From the NCBI GenBank assembly GCA_963823555.1, contig CAWGMA010000001.1, positions 2,144,001-2,208,000 of the forward strand: 64,000 bases of DNA, written 5' to 3'. Position 1 is the first letter of the stretch. Each line of letters opens with the position of its first letter. The notes below the pieces were generated by a model. The model was not told the DNA's origin, did no database searches, and saw only the letters and a list, made by a program, of their open reading frames with translations. This document shows, piece after piece, positions 1-9,700 of this stretch. This DNA comes from Candidatus Eiseniibacteriota bacterium. GTDB taxonomy: Bacteria; Eisenbacteria; RBG-16-71-46; CAVPCR01. A program made the translations under genes and the position numbers.

Positions 1-1
1 C

Positions 2-190
2 AAGGCGGACGGCATGCTCGTCAGCGACAACACGCTGTGGAGCGGCAAGGTGCTGGCCGGCGGCGGCGACGCCGACACCGAGGGCATCCGCCGCTACAAC
101 CAGCTGGCTGCCCGCTCGCGCACCTATCTGACCACGGTCCTTCCGCTCCGCGACGGGGTCTCGATCACGACTCGCGCCCGCCGCCCGTAG
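2..190 (+). CDS. O-methyltransferase (caffeoyl-CoA OMT-like), 3' end only
   Basis: Own translation KADGMLVSDNTLWSGKVL...TTVLPLRDGVSITTRARRP*. DNxLWxGxV and PLRDG are typical C-terminal motifs of this family. Truncated by the window edge. Confidence 0.8.
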   Translation, partial: KADGMLVSDNTLWSGKVLAGGGDADTEGIRRYNQLAARSRTYLTTVLPLRDGVSITTRARRP

Positions 191-221
191 CGGCAACGTG
201 GCCCCTCTTCAGCGGCCGCCA

Positions 222-914
222 TCAGAAATGAACCAGGGCCCCCAGGCTGATATCAGCCTGCAGGATGCTTGCGCGCCCTGATATCTGCGCCAGACACCCC
301 TCCCGCGAGCAGAACATCTCATCCCGCGAGAAGCTGATCCCCCCCATGAGGCGGGCGTCGGCGCGAAGGCCGAACCGCGGCGAAACGTAATACTTGGCTC
401 CTCCGGCGGGGGCCAGGGCCAGGAAGGTCTCCTTGCGGTACGCATTCCCGACTGGATCCGCCGTCATGCCTCCCAGATAGATCCCGGCAAAGGGCACGAA
501 CCGCTTCGAGACGACGAAATCGTAGGTGGCGCCGACCAGGAAGTAGTTGAGGTCGAGATCGAGCTGGTACTCGCGGGGAACGTCCGATGCGTTGAGGTAG
601 ACCCCCGTCCGCTGGTGCATGTACAGGAACTCGGCGTGCAGCTCGGGCTGACCCGGACTCGCATAGCTGATCGCGCCGCCGAAGTCCGCCGCGCCATCGA
701 ACTCGAGCCTGCCATTCTCGACGCTGATACCTCCCCCGAACCGATAACCGGAGAACACGACGATCTCGGTCCCGCCGCCGGCGACGGCCCACTCCGCCGA
801 GATGGCTGCCCCGAACGAGGGCGTTTCGGCCAGGAGCAGGAGTACGGGCGGCATGAGGAGCAAGAGCAGGCGGCAACCTCGTTCTCGAAGAGGGGAGCAG
901 CGGTGAGCTGGCAT
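222..914 (-). CDS. Outer membrane beta-barrel protein
   Basis: C-terminal part of ORF 222..1898, start inferred at ATG 914. Hydrophobic signal-peptide-like N-terminus, amphipathic beta strands (GGAKYYVSPRFGLRADAR) and terminal Phe (LGALVHF). Confidence 0.7.
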   Translation of the reverse strand: MPAHRCSPLRERGCRLLLLLMPPVLLLLAETPSFGAAISAEWAVAGGGTEIVVFSGYRFGGGISVENGRLEFDGAADFGGAISYASPGQPELHAEFLYMHQRTGVYLNASDVPREYQLDLDLNYFLVGATYDFVVSKRFVPFAGIYLGGMTADPVGNAYRKETFLALAPAGGAKYYVSPRFGLRADARLMGGISFSRDEMFCSREGCLAQISGRASILQADISLGALVHF

Positions 915-1145
915 AAGGATCATGCGCCTCCTGAATGGCACCCAAGCCGGCGAGGGTCTCATGCTGCCGCCGCAAGGCATTGAGACGAGCGCCCTGGTCC
1001 CTGAACGCGGCCCCACCGGGCACGAATCGCGGGGCATGTTAATCGATGGGTTCCCGATCGACAAACACTGGTTTTCCCCATTCCCCCGGCTCAGATGCCG
1101 TTGTGATAACGTCGGCAGGTGGCCGCAAGCCGATCTGGAGGGGGC

Positions 1146-1916
1146 ATGGGTGAAGCGATTCAGGATCGGGCGTCCGAGCGCCTGATCGTCGCACTGGACC
1201 TCAACGAGTATGAACAGGCCGAGCGCCTGATCGATGACCTGCTGCCGGTGGTGGGGGGGTTCGCCATCGGCTACATGGCCATGGCCGAAGGATGGGACCG
1301 GAAGGCCGTCGACCACATCCTCGATACCGGTGAGAAGCGGGTCATCTTCTACGATCCTCATCTCAACGCCACACCCCGCATCACCGCCGCTGCGGTGGCT
1401 GCCTATGCCCGCTGGGGCATCACCCACCTGAGCGTCTGCGGCACCGCTGGCCAGCGGTCGATCCAGTCGGCCGTCGAGAATCGCGGGCCGGTCGACATCG
1501 TCGTGACCACGGTCTTGACCTCCTTCGACGAGAACGAGATCCGCTGTGAATACGGGCGCCGCAGTGATGAGGTGGTGAGCGAGCACGCGCGCGCGGCCCA
1601 GCTGGCCGGGGCGCAGGCCCTTCTCTGCTCGCCCCAGGAGCTCAAGATCATTCGCGCCTACGTCCACGTCGAGCGCCTGATCAAGATCGTCAACGGCATT
1701 CGCTTCCCAGAGAGCCCACTCAAGCAGGACGATTTCCAGCGGATCCTGTCTCCCGGCGACGCCATCCGCGCCGGCGCCGACTATCTCCTGGTCGGCCGGC
1801 CCATCCTCGAACCTCCCGCGGGCGTCCGCTCGCCGCGCGAGGCCGTGGATCGAATCATCAACGAGATCGTCGATGCGCTGCCCTCGGCGCCGGCCCATAC
1901 GCGAGCTGGAGCCTGA
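1146..1916 (+). CDS. Orotidine-5'-phosphate decarboxylase homologue with substituted catalytic residues
   Basis: LIVALD, TVLTS, GIR, DDFQR and GADYLLVGRPI motifs of PyrF. DxKxxD reads DPHLNA and the first catalytic Lys is Ala. GGAGG RBS upstream of ATG 1146. Confidence 0.85.
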   Translation: MGEAIQDRASERLIVALDLNEYEQAERLIDDLLPVVGGFAIGYMAMAEGWDRKAVDHILDTGEKRVIFYDPHLNATPRITAAAVAAYARWGITHLSVCGTAGQRSIQSAVENRGPVDIVVTTVLTSFDENEIRCEYGRRSDEVVSEHARAAQLAGAQALLCSPQELKIIRAYVHVERLIKIVNGIRFPESPLKQDDFQRILSPGDAIRAGADYLLVGRPILEPPAGVRSPREAVDRIINEIVDALPSAPAHTRAGA

Positions 1917-1948
1917 TCGCAGCCGATCGCCACGATCACGCCAGCAAC

Positions 1949-4290
1949 ATGCCAGAAGCCAGACACGAGGATGCCACCCGGCATCATCTACAGGAAGCCC
2001 TCAGGCGCTACCCGCAGCTCGCCGACCGCATCCACCGCGCGCTCCTGATCGCCCTGCATCAGCAGGGGATCTGTACGATCGACGAGATCTACGACCGGGC
2101 CCGGCGGCGAGCGCGACGCGAGGAAGAGCCGGAACCGACAGCGAACGACAGTAGCGACAACATCGCCACCGAACGGCGCTGGGACCGACTCGAACGCCGC
2201 TTCGTCGGCGAGGTCATCCGCGAGCTCACGGTCGAGCACCTATCTCCAGATGAAGTAGACGACCTCATCAACCTCACTCTCAAACGCGAGCAGGTTCGCA
2301 CACTGGAGGAGATCGCGAATCTCTCCACGGTCTCGTTCGGCCTGATCGCCGAGAAGGTCCGCGCCTTCGGGCGGCTGCCGGAGGGACAGACCCGCCTTCC
2401 GGAGTCGGAGGCGCTGGCGGTGCGGGTGGCCCTGATCCGCCACTTCATCTCGGATCAGCTCGAGTTCATCGGCGTGGCCCGCCATCCTCACCATCCGTGA
2501 TTTCGAGGACCTGGTCGATCGCATCGTCGGCGACCGACTGCGGCATCGGGCCGCATCGGCGGCAAGGCCGCGGGCCTGTTCCTGGCCGAGCGGATCCTGC
2601 GATCGGGCGCAGCGCGAGGACGCGGATGCCCCCAAGGTCGAGGTCCGCATTCCCGAGTCGTTCTTCCTGCGCTCGGATGTCATCGAGACAGTTCCTGGAG
2701 CACGACGGCCTCTACGAGCTCCAGCGCCACAAGTACAAGAGCATCGACGAGATCCACAACGAGTACCCGATGATCCTCGAGGTCTTCAAGAACGCGGAGT
2801 TTCCTCCCGAGATCGTGGTCGACCACCTGCGCGCCCTGCTCGAGCAGATCGGGCCGCATCCTCTCATCGTCCGCTCGTCGAGCCTGCTCGAGGATCGCTT
2901 CGGCGCCGCCTTCGCCGGCAAGTACCGCAGCGTCTTCCTGACCAACCAGGGGCCACTCGAGCAGCGGCTGAGCGACCTGCTCGGCGCCATCGCCGAGGTC
3001 TACGCCAGCACCTTGCACGCCGACCCCATCAGCTACCGGCGACGCACAATCTTCTCGACTACGACGAGAACATGGCGATCCTGATCCAGAAGGTCGTCGG
3101 TCAGCGCTACGGACGGTGGTTCTTCCCCGCCTGGGCCGGGGTCGCCTTCTCGCGGAACGAGTACCGGCGCAACTCCCGGATCCGGCCCGAAGACGGCATC
3201 ACGCGCATCGTCTTCGGACTCGGCACCCGGGCCGTGGACCGCGTCTCGAGCGACTGGTCCCGCGCATGATTCCACTGGGCATGCCGACGCTACGCCCGGA
3301 GGTCAAGGACCAGGACATCGTGCGCGCTACTCCCAGCACGAGGTGGACGTGATCAACCTGGAGAGGAACGCGTTCGAGACCGTTCAGCTCGACGAGCTGC
3401 TTGACCGATGATCGGCTCCCCGGCTTGGATCATGCGGTCTCGATCTATCGCAATGGGCACCTGACACGCCCGGTGGGGACTTTCATCGATGCTTCCCGTC
3501 CGAGCTGGTCATCACCTTCGATCGCCTGGTGCGCGAGACCCCCTATCCCGGCTTCCTGCGCTGGGTGCTCTCGACGCTCGAGAAGGCCTACGGGCAACCG
3601 GTGGACATCGAATACGCCTTCGATGGCGAGCGATTCCACTTGCTGCAGTGCCGGCCACAGGTCCTGCGCGGGCTGGACGTGCAGGTGGAGATTCCTTCGG
3701 GCATCGACCCTGCGCAGGTGATCTTCAGCGCCACTCGCGATGTCATCTCGGGTCTGGTCGGTGACATCGAATATGTCGTGGTGGTCGATGCTCACGACTA
3801 TGAGAACATCGACACCAACGAGAGACGACTGCGCGTGGCGGCGGCAATCTCAGCCCTCAACAAGCGCCTCGAAGGCCGCCCCTTCATCCTCATGGGGCCC
3901 GGGCGCTGGGGGAGCAAGGACCCGCTCCTCGGGATCCGCGCCGGATACGCGGACATCAACAACACCCGCATGCTCATCGAGGTGGCGCGCCCCCTGGGCG
4001 GCACCATGCCCGAAGCCTCATTCGGGAGCCACTTCTTCCAGGACCTCATCGAATCCGACATCCAGTACCTCGCCCTCTACCCCGAGGATGAAGGCACCGT
4101 CTACAATGAGGCGTTCTTGCTCGAGTCCGCCAACGATCTTCCCCGGCTGCTGCCGGAGATGGCATCCATGGCGGATGTGGTTCGAGTCATCCATGTCCCC
4201 GCCCTCACCGGGGGGCTCTTCCTGCAGGTGGCGATGGACGGCGACACGAACCGGGCGCTCGGGTACCTGGGACCGAAGCGCGCCCCCTGA
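1949..4290 (+). CDS. PEP/pyruvate-binding (PPDK_N, ATP-grasp) domain protein, split by several frameshifts
   Basis: Motifs across successive frames: IGGKAAGL (about 2555), LIVRSSSLLED..FAGKY, MAILIQKVVG, FGLGTRAVDR, DIEYA..LLQCRP, GPGRWGS and SFGSHFFQ. Pieces are ORFs 1949..2500, 2497..3084, 3072..3269 and 3529..4290. Confidence 0.8.
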
Positions 4291-4295
4291 ACCGC

Positions 4296-5897
4296 TCAGG
4301 CCAGGGTCTCCATGTACCGCGCCACTTCCCGGCTCACCTCCGGCCGTACATCCGGATTCCGCCGCGCCATGCGACGCAGATCGACCTTGGAGACGAACCG
4401 GACGTGGATGAAGGGACGCAGGCTGGAAATCGGGATGTGGGCCGGATTCGCGAGCAGGAGTCGTGGCACGTCGCGGTTGGCCGCCCCCGTGTGCAAGCTC
4501 GGCACCCGGATGATCTTCTCGAGAACGCGCACACTCCTGCTGTCACGCGCCACCAACGCGACCAGGCCGGCCATGGAAATCGCCTTGGGGTTGTCAAGCA
4601 GCCCCAGAATGAACGAGTCGTTGTCGATATGCCGATGGAGGAGATCGAGCAGGGTGAGTTCGCGGCCCGCCTTCGTTCCTGGCTGATCGGGTAGCGACGG
4701 CACGCCATCGGGCAACACGAGATTGAGTGCACGCCCTTCCTGGTAGCAGGTCTCGATTCGATCGGGGCCGGGTCGGCGGGCGCCCCACTCCGCAATCGTC
4801 GGCCAGATCGCCTCGGCGATCTCAGGCTCCAGGGACAGGGCGATCGACGTGTCTCCCTGCCGGTACTCGAGCACCTGCAACATGATCGACAGCAGATCCG
4901 CGGGCCGGCCATCCGTCACCGCCTTGGCGCGCAGGAGGTGGATCTGATAGAGCTGCGAGACGTGGAAGGCGAACTCGCGGCTGAGCACCGGGCGGAGACG
5001 CATGGCTTCGATGATTCGCCCCAGGCTCCGGGCCACGGTATCCCTGGACATGGCCTTCACCAGCTTGTCCAGTTCGGTGCTGGTGAGCGCCTGCTCGATG
5101 GTGAGTGACCGCTCGAAGAACGGTTCATAGGTGTTGATCCTCGACACCACATCCTTCATATGCTCGATGTCCTGATCAAGCCGGCTGAGCACTGGCAGCA
5201 GGCGCGCGATCCGGCGCGTGTCGTAAGGATCGATGGCGCCCGCGAGCAGGGACACGCGCTTCTCGAGCAGCTTCACCTCGAGCATGGCGAGCTGGGTGAT
5301 GAACTGCAGCGTGTCATCGGGGAGATCACGCCCTTCATCGAGCCGGAGCGCGATCTGGTCGAACCAGGCGTTCAGGTGCTGATGGACGGCGCCCAGCACC
5401 CGGCGATCTGCTGGCAGCTCGCCGATGGCGAGATCGAGAGCACCAAGGCGCGCCCCCTCCTCCAGCATGTCGAGAATGGGCCTGGCTGCGTTCACTTCCT
5501 GTGATTCTTCGGGCTCGTGCCAGGACCCGCTCGCGATCTTCAGGGTGACGCGCCTCAGACTGGACAGTCCGTTGAGCTGGCCGAGGACCTCCGCTCCCGG
5601 GCGCGTGACCTCCAGGAAGCCGAACCAGAGCCGGAGGCCTGACCGCTCTCGAGCGAGGGCCAGGGTGCCCGCCGCCTTCAAGAGCTCGATCGCCGCCCCC
5701 GCCTCGAGCTTGCGGAAGACCTCCGCAATCCGCCGGTTCCGCTCCCGGACCCGCTCGTCATCGGTCGCGGCCCGGATGCACTCAGCATGGGCAGGAGAGA
5801 CAGCGAGCTGCGACAGTTGCCCCGCCGCCTCGGTCAATGGAAGGGAGGCGGTGAGATCGACGGCCGCATACGGGGGATCGAGGGCTTGAGCGGGCAT
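4296..5897 (-). CDS. Hypothetical helical protein, 533 aa
   Basis: Long ORF with normal composition, convergent with the upstream gene. C-terminal LLANP..IP..SL..FI...DLRRMAR..DV..EV segment looks like a helical repeat. Confidence 0.75.
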   Translation of the reverse strand: MPAQALDPPYAAVDLTASLPLTEAAGQLSQLAVSPAHAECIRAATDDERVRERNRRIAEVFRKLEAGAAIELLKAAGTLALARERSGLRLWFGFLEVTRPGAEVLGQLNGLSSLRRVTLKIASGSWHEPEESQEVNAARPILDMLEEGARLGALDLAIGELPADRRVLGAVHQHLNAWFDQIALRLDEGRDLPDDTLQFITQLAMLEVKLLEKRVSLLAGAIDPYDTRRIARLLPVLSRLDQDIEHMKDVVSRINTYEPFFERSLTIEQALTSTELDKLVKAMSRDTVARSLGRIIEAMRLRPVLSREFAFHVSQLYQIHLLRAKAVTDGRPADLLSIMLQVLEYRQGDTSIALSLEPEIAEAIWPTIAEWGARRPGPDRIETCYQEGRALNLVLPDGVPSLPDQPGTKAGRELTLLDLLHRHIDNDSFILGLLDNPKAISMAGLVALVARDSRSVRVLEKIIRVPSLHTGAANRDVPRLLLANPAHIPISSLRPFIHVRFVSKVDLRRMARRNPDVRPEVSREVARYMETLA

Positions 5898-6016
5898 GCC
5901 TCACCGTGGGACAGAAGGTGGCAGCGGTCTGGGCCGGAAACGGGTTCGAGCTCAGTATCGGCAGCCCATCGCCCGTCCTCATGGTGCAAGACCGAATCCC
6001 ACTCGCGGTCCCATCC

Positions 6017-6031
6017 TGATACCATCGCGCC
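6017..6031 (+). promoter_or_regulatory. Putative extended -10 promoter for a leaderless transcript
   Basis: TG-a-TACCAT at 6017-6025, then 6 nt, then ATG 6032. No Shine-Dalgarno sequence. Confidence 0.4.
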
Positions 6032-6193
6032 ATGGAGCCCTTTCTCGGCATCCCGCTCTGGTTCCTGTTCGGCCTCCTGGGGGCCTGGATCGCCACCACC
6101 AAGGGCCGCTCGGGATGTGGGTGGTTTCTGGTCTGCGCGATTCTCGGCCCGATCGGTCTCCTCGTCGCCGCCGTGATCAAGAAGAGGGGCTGA
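6032..6193 (+). CDS. Small two-helix membrane protein, 53 aa (absent from the ORF track)
   Basis: Own translation MEPFLGIPLWFLFGLLGAWIATTKGRSGCGWFLVCAILGPIGLLVAAVIKKRG*. Two hydrophobic segments, a KGRS-x-x-x-WF...LGPIGL pattern seen in small membrane proteins, and GC3-rich codons. Confidence 0.7.
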   Translation: MEPFLGIPLWFLFGLLGAWIATTKGRSGCGWFLVCAILGPIGLLVAAVIKKRG

Positions 6194-6279
6194 GCCCGAG
6201 GCGCTCCCACCGGGCCATTGACAGCCTGTAGGCACTCGCCCGTGGTCCCGGAGCGCCGCACCTGTTCCCGAAAGAGCCC

Positions 6280-6462
6280 ATGAACCCGTCCCCTGCTCGG
6301 CCGCTTCAGCTCCTGCTGATCGGCGGCCTCTTCGCCCTCGTCTACATTCTGATCCAGCTCCCCCTCGGCTATGACGGTCTCGTCGGGGGATCACTCCGGC
6401 CGGCCGAGAGCCAACGGCACCCAGGCGGTACCCACGTCGGCTCTGCAAATCACCAGCGCTAG
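6280..6462 (+). CDS. Possible small membrane protein or gene remnant
   Basis: 60-aa ORF with one hydrophobic stretch (LLLIGGLFALVYILIQL). No recognisable family. Confidence 0.25.
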   Translation: MNPSPARPLQLLLIGGLFALVYILIQLPLGYDGLVGGSLRPAESQRHPGGTHVGSANHQR

Positions 6463-6779
6463 TGGGACGCAGCCGAGCATCATCTCCCTCCGGTCTCTGA
6501 AGAGAGGATAAGATGATGATGAAATGGGGCTTTGTGTTCCAGGCGAGGATCGCACTGGCAGCTGTCTCCGGCGGGGCCAGACTTCGTCGGAGGGAAGGGC
6601 CGGATCGATAACCAATATCGCCACCGTCCTTCCGCATGAAGCCGCTCTCGGTCCTGGGCTGCGAGCATACGGGCTACTTCGTCCCGTGGCAGGCGCCGGC
6701 AACACGGCGTTGACGTCTTCCTGCGGCCCTCCTACGATCTACTCGGAGGCCAAGACCCGGCTTGCCTTGGGGTGGCTCG

Positions 6780-9700
6780 ATGGATCACCAGGATCCGCGT
6801 CATGATCCACCGCCGGCAACACGGCGAAGGAAGGATGGCGAGGAAGCCGATGCGACAGCCTCGATCGGCGACCTGGTTCGCTCGATTGCCTCCCAGTTCG
6901 AGCTGGTCATGGGCCGACCGGAACGAGTGGCCGACTTCTGCTCCCGCCTCCAACAGCAGATCAGTCATCCGCCGACCGCCGCGGAAGCGGCACAGCTCGA
7001 AGAGCTGATCCCGCTCCTCTCCCTCAAGGGGGGAGACCTTGCAGCCCCGCTGTTCGATCTCCTGGCGCGAGTTGCCAGCGTCTGCGGTGCCCCATGGCCC
7101 TTCCTCGCCGGGATGCTCGCCGCCCGCGATCCCGAACTCGGGCGCCGCGCCCTGCACCTGACCGCGCAGCTCGCCGAGTCTGGAATGATCCCCATCGACG
7201 AGGAGAAGGCCCTCTTCCTCGCGCGGCAGGTCGAGAGCGAAGGCTCCCTCTTCCGTGAAAGCACTTCGTTGCGAACGATCGGGCAGCTCGTCAGCCGATT
7301 GCCGGCCGCGGGCGCCGCGCACCCGGTGCTCGACCTCTACCGCCGCGCGCCCCCCGACCCCCTCTCCCGCCTGGCGGCGCGCCTCCTCGATCTCGACAAC
7401 CAGCCGGCATCCAGCCGGCTCGCGAGGGAACTCCTGGGACGCGATGCCTATAGCTTCCTCCACCCCTATCTCGACTACACCCGGGCGTCCCATTTCGATC
7501 TCCTGCACCTCGTGCCCGAGCGTGGCCAGCCTCCACCCGCTCTCCCTTCGCTTCGCCGCACCGAAACCACCTGCGGCGCGGAGCTTCTGCGCGAGGTGAT
7601 CGCAGCCCTGGGCTGGCACCGCATCAATCTCGGCCTCGAGGTCACGCCGACCATCGGCGTCTCGATCGGCGATTCGATTCCCTTCCTGGTGTCGCCGGCC
7701 GAGGCGCAGCTCATCGCGTCCTGCACCGGCGCACGGCGCGTCTCCGAGTCCTTCATCTTCATCGCGCATGGCGGCCTGCCGGTGGATCAGCCGGGCGATC
7801 ACGAGCAGGGGAGCACGGTCGCCCGATTCCGGGCCTATAACCTGGCGCACGCCGAGGTCCTCGCCGACATCCTCGACGTGGCGGCACTCACCGGGGAGAA
7901 GACACGGCGGATACTCAGCCGGATGGACGAGATCGTCAGCGACTTCACCGCGCTGTTCGCCGCCATGAGTGAAGAATGCGAAATTCTTCCTGCCGTGTAC
8001 GCGGAACTCAGACAACGAGTCACCACCGAGCTGGAGAAGGAGGATGTCCATCCTCAGCTCTCGCCCGAGCTCACGAGACTCGTTCAGATGTTCGAGGATC
8101 CGGGATCGCTGGCGGACGTGAGGACGCTTCACGGCCTCAAACGCTACCTCCACCAGCGCGGGCTCAAGCTCGGCCTGCGACTGGTCGCCGCGGGCGCGGG
8201 GACCATGCGCACGGTGAGCCTTGTTGTCTCCAATCGCCGGCGAATCCTCCGCACTGTGGCCGCTATCCAGTATGTCGACTTCGAACCAACCACACCGCAG
8301 TTCAGCGCAGGACCGGAAACGGCATCGACCGTCGGACTGCCCTTCCCCGTCTCCGTGCTCGTGCATGCGTACGGCACCCAGCTCCTTCATGGCCAGGAGA
8401 GCTTCCCGAGCATCAAGATCTTCTGCTATGGCAACGAGGTCCACTACTACATCGCGTTCAAGAATCACCCGGCTTTCCTGCGCATCGATTTCTCGCCTCC
8501 GCTCAAGGGCGGCATGATCGATCTCGAGTACTTCGGTGTCAGCAACTACGAGCTGTCCGCCCACCCCAACCCGGCGCTGGACTCGATCCGGCTGTTCTTT
8601 GGCCGCCTCGATTTCGATGTCCAGATCGACGGTACGCGGATCCACGCCCGCTACGACAAGGAGCGGGCCCTCGACCTGGGAGAACTGTGTGACGCAGCCG
8701 GAGCCTTGTGCCGGCTCATTCCCTTTCTCATGGATGTGGACTGGATCATCGGCGGCCTGGATCTCGACCGCGACGCCCGCGCCAGGGTGGCCCGGGCCTG
8801 GGCCGACCGATTCGCGCTGTCGGGGACGTTGCCCATCGAGCAGCTCTTGACCCGGGACCGTAGGGGCATCCTCCAGGCCGTGGAGACGGGTCCGGCCGGG
8901 GAGCGCGAGGTGCCGTGGTCGGGAGAAGGGTCCTATCGCGATCGCCTCCATCTGCCGTCGGCCGATCTTCTCCTTCCCTTGCACTCGGCACTGGAAGAGC
9001 TCGGGCTGGACATCGTGTCGTTCCCGACACCAGGCGAGAGCCAGGGCGTGGGGGCGATGGCGCTCGAGCGCCTCCTGCTACGCCCCCTGCGGGAGGCGGT
9101 GGCCCGGGGCGAGCTGATGGTGACACCCGACGGATTCCGGAAGTGCCCACCCCAGAGGTTCCAGCGGAAACATGAGGCGGAAGCGCTGGCCGAGATCCTG
9201 GGCCGGGATGACACGACCATCAGAGAGGCCGCTCTGCTCGGCCAGCTGGTGGCGCCGCTCGAACGAACCCTCAGCTTCCAGACCACCGGCAGCGTGAACG
9301 GCTACGAGGTCCAGCGGGCGCGCTTGCCCTTGCTCGGAGAAAGCCTGGGGCTCCACGTGCTTCGCGACGCAGGTGGAATCGTCCGCCTGGCCGTCTTCAC
9401 CCACGGCGAGTCGATCTACAAGCGCCGGGATGACCCCAATGACACCTGGCGCTCGAACGAGAGCCTGAGCGTCCCCGAGCTCACATTGCTCCTCCGCCGA
9501 TCGAATTACCTGGCTCCCGGCGTGGAGTCGCCCGGGGAATGGGAGGCCGAGGAGGCGGAGAGGATCCGGGAGATGTTCGGGCGCACGAGCCCGTTCGAAC
9601 CGCGCGCACCGCTCAGGGGCGAGAGCGTGCTCAGGGGGCTCAGGGCATCGCCGGGCCGGGCTGTGGGCAGGGTCCTCTTCAGCACGGTCGGACGCCTGCC

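Noticed and set aside
915..1898. N-terminal 330 aa of the 558-aa ORF 222..1898
   Set aside because: Mostly antisense to the PyrF-like gene. Only the part from about 914 looks like a real beta-barrel protein.
5782..6805. Several overlapping 90-270 aa ORFs in the gap between divergent genes
   Set aside because: They have Arg/Pro/Gly-rich non-coding-like composition. Only the 53-aa ORF at 6032..6193 is convincing.
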